Below are positions 27,434 to 37,562 of a stretch of 64,000 bases of DNA, piece after piece; the stretch's first letter is position 1, and the number at the start of each line of letters is the position of its first letter. The notes beneath the pieces are model-generated. The model was given only the letters and a program-made list of their open reading frames with translations, searched no databases and had not been told where the DNA came from. This DNA comes from Desulfobacterales bacterium (GTDB taxonomy: Bacteria; Desulfobacterota; Desulfobacteria; Desulfobacterales; JAIPEE01): contig JAIPEE010000018.1 of assembly GCA_021737275.1 (NCBI GenBank), positions 8,970-72,969 of the forward strand, given 5' to 3'. The position numbers and the translations under genes are program-made.

Positions 27434-30130
27434 CTATTTTTTTATATCGGTCTGTTTATACTCCCTGAACACTTCCATTAACTCATTAAAATTTTTCGGT
27501 TTATACTTCTTAAAACCATCATCATCTACAAAAACAAAGTCATATTCGATTTCTGACTGCACAGTATTAATATCCTCACACCACTGTTTCAAACGAGATA
27601 TTTTGGGCGACACATCAAGATCCGACAAACCTTTTGTTTCCACAACAACAATTTTGCCGCCTGACAGTTTCACCAGAAAATCAGGATAGTAATTTGAAAT
27701 ATCGCCATCTGCATTGACATAATCAAGCTTGAAATGGACTGCCAGGTAGTTTTTGGCATATGAAACAACATCATGACACTGTTCCAGAAAACCGGCAAAC
27801 TCCAGTTCAAAATAGCTGTCCCCGATGATTCGATTAAATACGGATTTTCTGGGCATCATATAGCCCTGATCCTTGACCACAAATGGCCGGGTCCGGCGCA
27901 GCTTGATCGTATCCCGAATCTCGGCATCCCCTTTATCACGAATGGTAAGTTCGTTGATCGCCTGTTTGAATGTTTCAATTATCGATTTGGTGGCAATCAG
28001 TTCAGACAGATTGCGCAAAGTATTTAGAGACTCCAGTTCAACGGCTTTCCCAAACAGATCATTTTGTACAAAAACTTTGATTTTGCCATACAGCACATCA
28101 TAGCCGCTAACCAGCCGCAACTCCTTCATAACCGTTTGGGCAAAATACCCGATCACACTCCGGTAATCAGCAATACCGGCGCTGTCCAGTACCGTAGTAT
28201 GATCCACTTCTCCAGTGGTAATATCCTTAAACACAATTTCACGCTGTTCTTCTTCTGTAAACTGCTGATAATCTACTGTTTTATAAGCCACCTTACCGGT
28301 ATCAAGATCGGCAAGATTTTTGTACGCCCGGTAAACTCGAGGTGTCAAAACGGGTATTTCAATATCAAGTGCATCGATATCCTTGTCCGTATTTTCGTTG
28401 TCTACTTCAACTACCAACGGCGTTTTCGGACCGGTGCCTTCACCCATTGCCTTTCGTTCAAGCTCAACCCCCTCAGCCTGTATGGACTCAACAAAATCCA
28501 TAAATGCATCAGTGCCGACCACACTAACATACTCTTCCGTACCGCCCGGATACATCTTGCGCAGTCCACGCCCCAACGTCTGTTCCGGTAAAATATTACT
28601 TTGGGCCGTATATGCTCGTAAGCCGACAATGGTTGTCACATTTCGCACGTCCCATCCCTCTTTCAGCATAATCACCGATACAATGGCTTTCCAGGGGCTG
28701 GTCTCTTCATCAATTTTATTTGCCTGTTTACGTAATTGCTCCAGTTCTTCCTTTTTCTTGCCCGAAGTCGCTTCGGAAATCTCACCATTATTCTTGGTGT
28801 GAATCGTCAGCACACCACCTTTCAGATCCGGGTAGCGATTTTCCAGATATTCCGCCACATCATCACAATTTCGGGTATCATCCGTCATTACAAACAAAAT
28901 TGCCTTCTTGCCCAGTTTCTGATGTTCCTCATATGCCTTGCGCCATTCGATAACACCCAGGTCAATATAATCCGCGTACTTTTCTGTAAACTTTGAACTT
29001 GTCTGTTCCGTCAACTTTTCTCTGCTTGCGGCATCAGGCAATACCGGATGTTTCACCACATTTTGTGAAATCGCTTCCACCAGCGGATAATCCGCTACTG
29101 TCTGCACAAAAATCGCCCCGTTATTATGTTTTGGTGTTGCCGTCACATCTAGCTGTAAGCTCAAGTGACCGCCTTTCTGCAAGAGCCGGTTGTGAATATC
29201 CTCAATCGACTTGAACCATGCAAGCCGAGCATCATGAATATGGTGTGCTTCATCGTTAAGCACCATCAGTTCACTAATATCTCTTACAATTGAGCCCAGA
29301 TCCACCTTGGAATCCGTCGTCGCGCCCGTCGGTCGCTTACCCAGGAAATAATCCATTGTATTTTCATCATCAGGAGACGGCGGAATATCTTCTCCTGAAT
29401 AAATGCGATGAATATTCGTCAGAAAAATATTTCCTGTCGGGCACACCACCCGAACCTCATCCTGAACATGCAGCGTCAGCTGGAACTCGTCTCTCCAGTT
29501 GCGCCCGTCATAGCCGTTATCCGGCAGCACGGGATCTTCAAAAAATATCCGCAGCCCCTGAAAATCTTTATAGATTCGATCAAGCACAATAATGTTCGGT
29601 GTAATCAGTAAAAAGTTGCGGGACAGTTCCGATTCCGGCTCATACAGTTTGTGAAAAAAGCTCCAGGCCAGCGCCAGACTCATAACCTTGGTTTTACCGC
29701 TGCCCGTGGCCATCTTGATTACATACCGCCGCCAGGTTTCGTCAAACATGCCGGCTGACACTGAACCTCCTGAATCAAACCGCATCAAGTCAAATTTATC
29801 CTTCGCGCCCACTACATCATAAAGATAAACAATCGTCTCCAGCGCCTCACGCTGGGCAAAATAGTATTCAAAGTGTTCCGTACTGCCGTCTGCTTTCGGT
29901 ATCAAATGAGGTTCCTTAAACCACCAGTTCAGCAGGCTTTTGCTCGTACCGGTTACCCCTGCATACCCGCTGTCGCGAAACTCTTTTACCTTACGCCGGA
30001 GGTTTGCCACCAGCGGCGGCATCAGTTTCTCCATACTTGTATCACGCAAAGCCTCGTCCGCAGGAAACCATCGGATGCCGGGGTCAAGAATTGCATGTGG
30101 AGAATCCGGGAAGTCCTTATGCAGCGCCAT
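27434..30130 (-). CDS. res: Type III restriction enzyme Res subunit (SF2 helicase + PD-(D/E)xK nuclease)
   Basis: Walker A is MATGSGKTKV and the DEAH box is VLNDEAHHI. Helicase motif VI (TLGRGLR) is present. The C-terminal nuclease motif is YYPDFLV...VVVETKG. Confidence 0.85.
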   Translation of the reverse strand: MALHKDFPDSPHAILDPGIRWFPADEALRDTSMEKLMPPLVANLRRKVKEFRDSGYAGVTGTSKSLLNWWFKEPHLIPKADGSTEHFEYYFAQREALETIVYLYDVVGAKDKFDLMRFDSGGSVSAGMFDETWRRYVIKMATGSGKTKVMSLALAWSFFHKLYEPESELSRNFLLITPNIIVLDRIYKDFQGLRIFFEDPVLPDNGYDGRNWRDEFQLTLHVQDEVRVVCPTGNIFLTNIHRIYSGEDIPPSPDDENTMDYFLGKRPTGATTDSKVDLGSIVRDISELMVLNDEAHHIHDARLAWFKSIEDIHNRLLQKGGHLSLQLDVTATPKHNNGAIFVQTVADYPLVEAISQNVVKHPVLPDAASREKLTEQTSSKFTEKYADYIDLGVIEWRKAYEEHQKLGKKAILFVMTDDTRNCDDVAEYLENRYPDLKGGVLTIHTKNNGEISEATSGKKKEELEQLRKQANKIDEETSPWKAIVSVIMLKEGWDVRNVTTIVGLRAYTAQSNILPEQTLGRGLRKMYPGGTEEYVSVVGTDAFMDFVESIQAEGVELERKAMGEGTGPKTPLVVEVDNENTDKDIDALDIEIPVLTPRVYRAYKNLADLDTGKVAYKTVDYQQFTEEEQREIVFKDITTGEVDHTTVLDSAGIADYRSVIGYFAQTVMKELRLVSGYDVLYGKIKVFVQNDLFGKAVELESLNTLRNLSELIATKSIIETFKQAINELTIRDKGDAEIRDTIKLRRTRPFVVKDQGYMMPRKSVFNRIIGDSYFELEFAGFLEQCHDVVSYAKNYLAVHFKLDYVNADGDISNYYPDFLVKLSGGKIVVVETKGLSDLDVSPKISRLKQWCEDINTVQSEIEYDFVFVDDDGFKKYKPKNFNELMEVFREYKQTDIKK

Positions 30131-30954
30131 TATTTACCTCCATCCAGTAGTTTGACACGGCTTTCATCTGTCAGCAATTTCATCTGTTCAATGGCAATCC
30201 GGTTTAACTTTGTCAGACGTTCGGCCTGGCTCAGACCCTCTTTAATAAAAAGTGCATTCAAATTTTCCATGTTGGCCAGGCAAACCAGTTGGGAGGCATT
30301 GGCCTGATCACGAACATTTCCTTTTTCACCAGGGTTGGCTCCGCGCCATTCTTTGGCCGTTATGCCGAAAAGCGCCATATTCAATACATCCGCCTCACTG
30401 GCATAAACCAGATTGACCTGCTGTCCCGTCAGTTCCGGCGGAATCAGGTTGTTTTTGATCGCATCTGTGTGAATCCGGTAATTAATTTTGGCAAGGTTGC
30501 GTTTAATATCCCAGCCAAGTTGTGCCTGTTCAGCCTCTTTGAGCCTTTGAAACTCTTTGATCAGATAAATCTTGAATTTTGGACTGATCCACATGCCAAA
30601 CTCAAATGCAAGGTCTTTATGGGCAAATGTCCCGCCATATCTGCCTGCTTTTGCTGTCAAGCCGATTGCCTTTGTTTTTTCGACCCATTCCTTGACGCTA
30701 ATCTTGTAACTGTTCAAACCAGCCTGACTTTTAATTATGGCGAATTCGCCATAATTAAAATCGGGGTTATGCACGGACTCCCAGATTCCCAAGAACTCCA
30801 CCGTGTTGCGGTTCCGCAGCCAGTCAGAGATAAAAAAGTCTCCATCCTTTGCCTTCAGCATATCTGTCAGCGAGATGTAATCTTCTGTATCAACAGGAAC
30901 AACACGAATATCATTTTCCAGAACGGATATAGTTTTTACGACTTTTTTATTCAC
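30130..30954 (-). CDS. KilA-N domain protein embedded in the R-M operon
   Basis: The N-terminal half matches the KilA-N pattern (ISLTDMLKA...FISDWLRNRNTVEFLGIWE...TFAHKDLAFEFGMWISPKFKIYL). The GTG start overlaps the mod stop (GTGA). Its own stop overlaps the res ATG (TAATG). Confidence 0.75.
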   Translation of the reverse strand: MNKKVVKTISVLENDIRVVPVDTEDYISLTDMLKAKDGDFFISDWLRNRNTVEFLGIWESVHNPDFNYGEFAIIKSQAGLNSYKISVKEWVEKTKAIGLTAKAGRYGGTFAHKDLAFEFGMWISPKFKIYLIKEFQRLKEAEQAQLGWDIKRNLAKINYRIHTDAIKNNLIPPELTGQQVNLVYASEADVLNMALFGITAKEWRGANPGEKGNVRDQANASQLVCLANMENLNALFIKEGLSQAERLTKLNRIAIEQMKLLTDESRVKLLDGGK

Positions 30955-33233
30955 ACACTCACCTCCACAATCGTCATGGTATCATTACCAAAAATATCCA
31001 CCACCTTGACCGCAATCTTGCGTCTGCCGGGGGTACATTCATGGGGGATGCTTTTTAATTCCAGTGAGCGGTCTTTTTTTGTACGAAAGCTCTGCCATTC
31101 ATTTTCAAAAATATATTCTCCGGTCCACTGCTCTTCCACCTCATCTGTTTCTGGATTCTGAACCCGGATAATCTCCCGTTTGCTTTCAAAATCAAAATCC
31201 ACCGACCAGTAATCGATCCAGTCCGTCCAGTGCTCTGTCAGTATCTCACGCCGGATAATTCCCTTTTTATCCTTGACCAACTTAACAATATTACCCTTTT
31301 CCACCACTATTTTGCTGCCGGTTTTTTTCTTGCTCAGGGCAGCCTCGGCATTGGAAATGGAATCCTGTGAATAGAATACTGAAAAATCCGTCAGTTCCAC
31401 AGCTATGGAGGAGGGCTTTTTCTTTTTACCTTTTCCCTTGCCTTCGATCACAACAGGTTTCACTTCGATATAGGAAACATCATGGAACACCACCTGATTT
31501 TTCTCCACCGCCCGCTTGTCAAAAACTTCCGCCGGAATATATTTCGGCGCGATATCAATACCTTTACCCCGTGCCTCATCCAGCACATTGGGAAACAGGC
31601 CCATTTCAAATTCAAAGCCGAGAATATCCACTTTGGTAATATGCTTTTTACGACACTCCAGGATAATCTCTTCCACAAACAGCCGCGTCACCGGCATATT
31701 GACCGGCCCGATCGCCACCAAACGACCTGACCGTTTTCCATGAAATGCCGCAAACTGGTCTGTTTTCTCAGCCCGGTACGCCTTAAGAATCAAATCAAGA
31801 AAAGCAGCTTCCTTCAGTTTTAACTGCTCCTGCTGTTCCTCTTCACGCAGGTTGGGATTAATACCCACAAAATGCTGTCGTTCATATTTCCCGAGATTAA
31901 GAATTTCAAAAGCACGATAATCTTTTCCATCCTCCTTGATCTGTCGCTGCACACCGATCATCCGCTTTCGGGTGGTGTGAATGGCAAACTTGCCGAGGTC
32001 CGTACAGATCCACTTGCGATTCAGTTTTTCCGCTACAGCAGCAGTGGTGCCGGAACCGCAAAAGAAGTCGGCAATGAGATCGCCCTCATTGGTAGATGCT
32101 TTGATGATGCGTTCGAGAAGGGCTTCGGGTTTTTGGGTTGAGTAGCCAGTCAATTCGGCTGATTGGTTGTGTATTTTACTTATGTCCGTCCAAATATCCT
32201 GAACAGGAACACCCTCGTGCTCACTTTCATATTTTTTAAGCCTCGGAACTCCCCCTTTTTTTTGGGGCCAGTGTAAACGGCCAGCCTTATCATGCTTCTT
32301 CAGTGTTTCTACGGGACAACGCCAAAGCGTATCAACGCCTTTATATTCATATCTGTATCCTCCTCCAGAAAGACCTCCGGCGGATAAACTGAGTCTTTGA
32401 TATCTTTCTTTACGCACAGGATCATATTGATCAAAAAAAGTATCAATATATCCTGGATCAGCAGGCTGTAATGGAAAATTCCAGATAGGGTTAAAGGCTT
32501 TTCCGTAAAAGAATAGGGAATCATGAATCATCCCATATCTTCCGGAATCACTGTGCCCAAATGCTCGACGCCATACTATTTCATTACGAAAACAAGATGA
32601 ACCAAAAACTTCATCAAGAACTGAACGAACTAAGTGATTTACTATTGGCCCCATATGCACATAAATACTTCCATCATCAGCCAGCAAGTCCCGCATCAAA
32701 ACCAGCCGTTCATAAATCATGGAAATAAAGGAATCCGCACCCTTTCCCCAGGTATCACGATAGGCAATCTCTTCAAGAATATTCGGCTTTTTAGTAAAAG
32801 TATCCCCGCCAATCTGGATATCCATGGAAAAATCTGCACCCACATCAAAGGGCGGATCAATATAGATCAATTTCAAACCGCCCTGCTTTTCAATCTCTTC
32901 CCGCATCGGCCCGTTTTTGAGTGATGCCAAAATCAGCTTGTTATCGCCCCAGATCAGCTTGTTCGTCCAACCCTTGAGCTGTCGTCCCCGCTCATCAAAT
33001 AGTGACAATTGCGGATCGGTATCCTCAGGTGTTTCCGCGCGTGGTTCATCCACCTGCTCGATTACCTGAAACGGCAGCACAATATTACAAATTTCATTGG
33101 TCTTACCGTTCCAGACCAGCTCCACTTCCCGTTTATCTTCAAACAGCAGAAAACGGTACTTCTCCGGCAGTTCCCTGTCCGACTCCAGAAACCGGACAAC
33201 TTCCTGCTTTTCCTGTTCACTGAGTTTTAACAT
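30951..33233 (-). CDS. mod: Type III-like DNA methyltransferase Mod subunit (beta-class N6A/N4C)
   Basis: Motif IV IYIDPPFDVG lies upstream of motif I DFFCGSGTTAAVA, and GYSTQKPEALLERII is present. The ORF is 760 aa, with about 340 aa after motif I. Confidence 0.85.
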   Translation of the reverse strand: MLKLSEQEKQEVVRFLESDRELPEKYRFLLFEDKREVELVWNGKTNEICNIVLPFQVIEQVDEPRAETPEDTDPQLSLFDERGRQLKGWTNKLIWGDNKLILASLKNGPMREEIEKQGGLKLIYIDPPFDVGADFSMDIQIGGDTFTKKPNILEEIAYRDTWGKGADSFISMIYERLVLMRDLLADDGSIYVHMGPIVNHLVRSVLDEVFGSSCFRNEIVWRRAFGHSDSGRYGMIHDSLFFYGKAFNPIWNFPLQPADPGYIDTFFDQYDPVRKERYQRLSLSAGGLSGGGYRYEYKGVDTLWRCPVETLKKHDKAGRLHWPQKKGGVPRLKKYESEHEGVPVQDIWTDISKIHNQSAELTGYSTQKPEALLERIIKASTNEGDLIADFFCGSGTTAAVAEKLNRKWICTDLGKFAIHTTRKRMIGVQRQIKEDGKDYRAFEILNLGKYERQHFVGINPNLREEEQQEQLKLKEAAFLDLILKAYRAEKTDQFAAFHGKRSGRLVAIGPVNMPVTRLFVEEIILECRKKHITKVDILGFEFEMGLFPNVLDEARGKGIDIAPKYIPAEVFDKRAVEKNQVVFHDVSYIEVKPVVIEGKGKGKKKKPSSIAVELTDFSVFYSQDSISNAEAALSKKKTGSKIVVEKGNIVKLVKDKKGIIRREILTEHWTDWIDYWSVDFDFESKREIIRVQNPETDEVEEQWTGEYIFENEWQSFRTKKDRSLELKSIPHECTPGRRKIAVKVVDIFGNDTMTIVEVSV

Positions 33234-33344
33234 AAAATATCCTTCATCTCTTTATTTCACCATTTCATCATAATGCGCTATGTAATTACTTTTCACGAAA
33301 ACCAATCGAATGGTTTACCTTCAGATAATACTCTGCGGTTGCCG

Positions 33345-33848
33345 TTATCCAATAAAATTTAATTGTTCGATAAACATCTCAACAGGGCGATTGTAACCAA
33401 TCGGACTTAAAATATACCTGTTCAGTTTGTGGTTCAGTTTAAAAATATCGGTTCTTTCCAGACCGCCCTCATTTTGTATAACGGCTTCAAGATAGGCCCT
33501 TTGATTATTCATTGAACCGAGAACACTTCTATTATTTGTTTTCCGGTATTGTATTTTCTCACATCCGGACAGGACTATTTCAATCCGGTTCTGGGGTATT
33601 TTTTCATGCAGTAAATTTTTAAATAACTGCTGCCCGAATATTAATTTAAAATTCTGAAAATCCGGCTTTTTGAGAGCAGGGATGAAAAGCGTGAATAATG
33701 TTATGTCATTTGTTATCAATACACATTTGTGTCTCTCAATATAAAACATATTGGCATGCCAGCTCCAGAAAGGATCTGTTGAATCGTATTCGAGGACCGG
33801 TTTTTCCTTTAATTCCGAGAGCATTTTTTGTGTACAGCGAATTTTCAT
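33345..33848 (-). CDS. Hypothetical protein (167 aa), upstream of mod
   Basis: A clean ORF with no competing frame. I cannot assign a family confidently. Confidence 0.5.
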   Translation of the reverse strand: MKIRCTQKMLSELKEKPVLEYDSTDPFWSWHANMFYIERHKCVLITNDITLFTLFIPALKKPDFQNFKLIFGQQLFKNLLHEKIPQNRIEIVLSGCEKIQYRKTNNRSVLGSMNNQRAYLEAVIQNEGGLERTDIFKLNHKLNRYILSPIGYNRPVEMFIEQLNFIG

Positions 33849-33938
33849 TGACTTCCTTCACCAACTTTTTGTTGTTAACGTATTACGGTTCTTCTCTTTA
33901 TTCGCGGTTACTTTTCCATTTTTTCCATAAATTCAAAA

Positions 33939-34160
33939 TCAATCTTTCATGGGCCATTCTCCATCATCCAATATTTCCGCCTGGTAACAAAACCTGTTCC
34001 ATTCAAATTCCCGATTTGAAATCGGGCACCGTAACTTTACTTTTCGATCACTGATACCCACAACTTCCCAATCTCCACCGCGTGATCCACCATCAATTCG
34101 TATTTTTTCGCCTTCTGAAAAGTTATAAGGTTTAAAAATTGTCACTTTATGTTTCGGCAT
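33939..34160 (-). CDS. Hypothetical small protein (73 aa)
   Basis: The ORF is preceded by GGAGGAAAAAATG on the minus strand (RBS-like). No family recognised. Confidence 0.45.
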   Translation of the reverse strand: MPKHKVTIFKPYNFSEGEKIRIDGGSRGGDWEVVGISDRKVKLRCPISNREFEWNRFCYQAEILDDGEWPMKD

Positions 34161-34294
34161 TTTTTCCTCCGGAGAATGAATATTTTCGCTATATAAAAGA
34201 TATAAGAATTAAGAGGTGGCCTTGAGCCTGGTTTCCCTCATTCGTTATTTATCTCATATTGATTATTTTTTAAATACCTAATACTTTTCCATAT

Positions 34295-35092
34295 ATGATT
34301 TATGATGATGAACAATTAAAAAAAAGGCTGAACAGCTTTTACATATCATATAATAAACGGAAGTATGTCCATCCTGATCCACTTGAATTTCTTTATAACT
34401 ATACAGACATTCGCGATATTGAAATTGTCGGACTGGTTGCATCTTCACTGGCTTATGGTCGGGTTGCACAGATTCTAAAAAGCGTCTCTTTGGTTCTTGA
34501 TGTAATGGGATCTTCTCCCCGTCAATTCATAAATAAATCTACATTGCGTTCTCTGAAAAAGACTTTCAAAGGTTTCAGACACCGGTTTGCATCCGGTGAT
34601 CATCTTGCGGCTTTACTTTTTGAAACTAAAAAGACAATCGCAAAATTCGGATCCTTAAATGAGTGTCTGCTTGCCGGTTACTCAAAAAAAGATGAAACCG
34701 TTCTGCCGGCGCTTTCATTTTTCTGTAACCGGTTAACCGGTGAAGTAAATAAAGCGGGGCATCTTGTTGCCATGCCTGAAAAGGGAAGTGCCTGCAAGCG
34801 AATGAACCTCTATTTGAGATGGATGCTCAGAAAAGACAGTGTCGATCCGGGCGGATGGAAAGGAATTCCCAAATCAAAACTGATTATCCCTCTGGATACA
34901 CACATGCACAAAATCGGCCTGGTGTTTGGACTTACCATTCGGAAACAGGCCGATATGAAAACAGCAATTGAAATCACGTCGGGGTATCAAAAGTTTTCGC
35001 CTTTAGATCCGGTTAAGTTCGATTTTGCACTGACCCGGCTGGGTATAAGGAATGAAATGAGTATTGATGATTTTTTTAAGAAGGATTTTTAA
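34295..35092 (+). CDS. Conserved hypothetical protein, TIGR02757/DUF2400-like
   Basis: The ORF is 265 aa. The pattern EIVGLVASSLAYGRVAQIL...IPLDTHM resembles the DUF2400 family. This call rests on recollection only. Confidence 0.5.
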   Translation: MIYDDEQLKKRLNSFYISYNKRKYVHPDPLEFLYNYTDIRDIEIVGLVASSLAYGRVAQILKSVSLVLDVMGSSPRQFINKSTLRSLKKTFKGFRHRFASGDHLAALLFETKKTIAKFGSLNECLLAGYSKKDETVLPALSFFCNRLTGEVNKAGHLVAMPEKGSACKRMNLYLRWMLRKDSVDPGGWKGIPKSKLIIPLDTHMHKIGLVFGLTIRKQADMKTAIEITSGYQKFSPLDPVKFDFALTRLGIRNEMSIDDFFKKDF

Positions 35093-35143
35093 AATAGTGA
35101 TATCCTTTGACAATATCCACCAAATATTCTATCTAAACGTTCT

Positions 35144-36496
35144 ATGAGCACCATTTCCCTAAATAAAATATTTGCAAGCCGGAACAATCTTGAACGCATT
35201 CTGGATAATCTTAAAGACGGCATTATCGCCCATGATCTGAATAGAAATATTTTTTATTTCAATAAAATGGCTGAAAAGATTACCGGATACAACCGTAGTG
35301 ACGTTGTCGGGAAAGACTGTCATATTGCCATGGGCGGTCCTTTCTGCGGAGACTCATGTTCTTTTTGCGGAAAAAGCCCGGATATTCACGGCAACAAAGA
35401 GTATGAAGTTATCATTACCACCAAAAGCGGCAAACAGAGCCATATTGAAATGTCGGTTACCCCTATTGATGATGAGAATGGTGAAACTTTCGGTGTGCTG
35501 GCATCATTCAAGGATATAACCGAAATATTAGATCTCAGGCTGATACACCGGAAAGTGACCGGATATTCCAATATTATCGGTCAGGACAACAAGATGATCC
35601 AGGTGTTCAAGCAGATCAGAAATGTTTCCGAATATGATTATCCTGTTCATATTTATGGAGAAACCGGAACCGGAAAGGAGCTGGTGGCTGCTGCTATTCA
35701 TAATGAAAGTCGCCGCAGAAATGCACCTTTTGTTCCCATAAATTGCGGTGCCCTGCCCGAAGGGTTGATTGAAAGTGAACTTTTCGGGCATGTTAAAGGC
35801 GCCTTTTCCGGTGCAATAAGAGACAGGAAAGGCCGTTTTGAACTGGCCGGTGGCGGAACCGTATTCCTTGATGAAGTTGCAGAACTGTCCAAACCCATGC
35901 AGGTCAAACTATTGAGATTTTTGCAGGAAAGCACCTTTGAACGCGTGGGAGGAGAAAAAACAATAAAATCAGATACCCGTATTATCAGTGCAACCAACAA
36001 GGATCTGAAAAAAGAGGTCCAACGCGGTACTTTTCGTGAAGATCTTTTTTATCGGTTAAATGTTATTCCCATCATGCTGCCGCCCCTGCGTAAAAGAAAA
36101 ATGGATATTCCTGTTTTGATAACCCATTTTCTGCATCAGGCTGCTGAAAGCAACGATGAAAAAAAGCTTATGATGTCCGATGAAGCCATGTCCTTACTCG
36201 TAAACTACCAATGGCCGGGTAATGTCCGTGAGCTTCAGAATGCAATACAATATGCCATCGTAAAAAGCACCGGAAAAATAATTGTACCGGATGATCTGCC
36301 TCTGGAGTTCAGGGAACAGCCGGCCATCAGACCCAAACGCGGCCCTTCCGCCTCAATGGATATCAATGCCATAGAAGCGGCGCTGAAAAAAGCGGGCGGC
36401 AACAAGGCCAAGGCGGCTAAGCTGATGGGTATCGGCAGAGCCACATTATACCGCTATATCAATAAACATCCGGAAATTATGAACGGCCTTCCTTAG
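35144..36496 (+). CDS. Sigma-54-dependent Fis-family transcriptional activator with Cys-rich PAS sensor
   Basis: A PAS domain is followed by an AAA+ core (GETGTGKE, ESELFGHVKGAFSGA, the GAFTGA-variant motif) and a C-terminal Fis HTH (AAKLMGIGRATLYRYI). Confidence 0.85.
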   Translation: MSTISLNKIFASRNNLERILDNLKDGIIAHDLNRNIFYFNKMAEKITGYNRSDVVGKDCHIAMGGPFCGDSCSFCGKSPDIHGNKEYEVIITTKSGKQSHIEMSVTPIDDENGETFGVLASFKDITEILDLRLIHRKVTGYSNIIGQDNKMIQVFKQIRNVSEYDYPVHIYGETGTGKELVAAAIHNESRRRNAPFVPINCGALPEGLIESELFGHVKGAFSGAIRDRKGRFELAGGGTVFLDEVAELSKPMQVKLLRFLQESTFERVGGEKTIKSDTRIISATNKDLKKEVQRGTFREDLFYRLNVIPIMLPPLRKRKMDIPVLITHFLHQAAESNDEKKLMMSDEAMSLLVNYQWPGNVRELQNAIQYAIVKSTGKIIVPDDLPLEFREQPAIRPKRGPSASMDINAIEAALKKAGGNKAKAAKLMGIGRATLYRYINKHPEIMNGLP

Positions 36497-36558
36497 ACTT
36501 AATCCCGATTAGAATTATTTAAAATTGATTGTATGAGAAAAAGGCAGTTGATATATAT

Positions 36559-37086
36559 ATGAATTGGTACATTGAAATAGTAGAAACAAACCCGATTATC
36601 ACGGCAATGATCCAGTTTGCCATTCTGGGTACACTCGGTGATATAATTTCCAAGTGGATAATTAAAAAGAAATTTTTTCTGCCATTTGGTGTAAAGGTGT
36701 TGATGCTGAAGATGACAGAATGGGCGCTGCTTTCCATATTTGTCAAATATGCCTTTGTGGGTTTTCATGGATTCATCGACAGCCTGGTTGTACATAATTT
36801 ACTTCCGGACATGAACACAGCCGGATATGCATTTTCAGTCTCTGTTTCAATGAATCTTCTGTTTGGTCCCTTTTTGGTGGTCATGCACCGGTTTCTGGAA
36901 AATACCATTGCCGGAGCAAAAAACTGGGAACGGATTGATAAAGCCCTGCTTTCACTTGTATGGTTCTGGATACCGGCCCATACAATTACGTTCATGCTGC
37001 CTAAACCTTTCCAGATCGGAATTGCTGCATTATTGTCGATTGTACTGGGCTTAATTTTGGGCGCTTATAATCGTAAGGGAGAGTAA
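36559..37086 (+). CDS. Small integral membrane protein, unknown function
   Basis: There are four to five hydrophobic segments. I prefer ATG 36559 (MNWYIEIV...) over the track's TTG 36529. Confidence 0.5.
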   Translation: MNWYIEIVETNPIITAMIQFAILGTLGDIISKWIIKKKFFLPFGVKVLMLKMTEWALLSIFVKYAFVGFHGFIDSLVVHNLLPDMNTAGYAFSVSVSMNLLFGPFLVVMHRFLENTIAGAKNWERIDKALLSLVWFWIPAHTITFMLPKPFQIGIAALLSIVLGLILGAYNRKGE

Positions 37087-37199
37087 AGTTACCGTTACCG
37101 TTACCGTTTTTTTAAAAGCAGTGCTGCCGTGACGGGCTCTTTATCGGAAACGATAACCCGGATCGTGTTTACAACATCGCCACGATCCGGGGTTTATGT

Positions 37200-37562
37200 T
37201 CAACAGTTGATTTCTTTTTCGAGCCAGTTCCTCACGTCACCTTCAATAGAGTAAACGCCCTTGTTGTGGCCGATGGAATCCAGAAATTTTTCTTTAATAT
37301 CATCCGGCATTTCAAATTCCGCCAGTTCCACCGCCTCATCAGAATTTCTTCTGATCAGGTAAACAACCGGTTTTTCACCCCAGGTATTAACAGTAAAGTA
37401 GTGAGAAACATCATCCTTTGAGCGGATAACATAATTACCGCCACGTGCCCAGTTATTCCCCCACTCAAGATATAGTGTTACAGCTTCCGTTGGTGTCATG
37501 TCCCAGTCAATTTCATTTTTCAATTCATTATTTTTTTTAATATCTTCCAGTGTCATCATCAA
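37200..37562 (-). CDS. Hypothetical protein (120 aa)
   Basis: A clean ORF with AGGAGGGATTTTGATG upstream on the minus strand. No family recognised. Confidence 0.5.
   Translation of the reverse strand: MMMTLEDIKKNNELKNEIDWDMTPTEAVTLYLEWGNNWARGGNYVIRSKDDVSHYFTVNTWGEKPVVYLIRRNSDEAVELAEFEMPDDIKEKFLDSIGHNKGVYSIEGDVRNWLEKEINC

Noticed and set aside
28064-28591. A 175-aa + strand ORF, plus several other 60-140-aa ORFs, inside res.
   Set aside because: All are antisense or out of frame relative to the 898-aa helicase-nuclease gene, which has Walker A, DEAH and PD-ExK motifs.
30289-31161. A 290-aa + strand ORF spanning the KilA-N/mod junction.
   Set aside because: It is antisense to two strongly supported, motif-bearing genes. 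Its translation is low-complexity with no recognisable motif or RBS. It is most likely a shadow ORF.
27370-34294. A search for island boundaries around the R-M locus: direct repeats, a tRNA target, and integrase or transposase genes.
   Set aside because: I found no matching flanking repeats at 27370-27433 versus 34161-34294. I found no mobility gene and no obvious compositional break by eye. I therefore did not call a mobile element.
37088-37113. (GTTACC)x3 followed by a T7 run, just after the membrane-protein stop codon.
   Set aside because: I considered it as a terminator or microsatellite. It has no complementary arm to form a hairpin, and three copies are too few to call a meaningful repeat.
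37158-37191. A hairpin, cccggatcgtg ... cacgatccggg, between convergent genes.
   Set aside because: It is a plausible shared terminator stem. Neither side has a convincing U-tract, so I did not list it as a feature.
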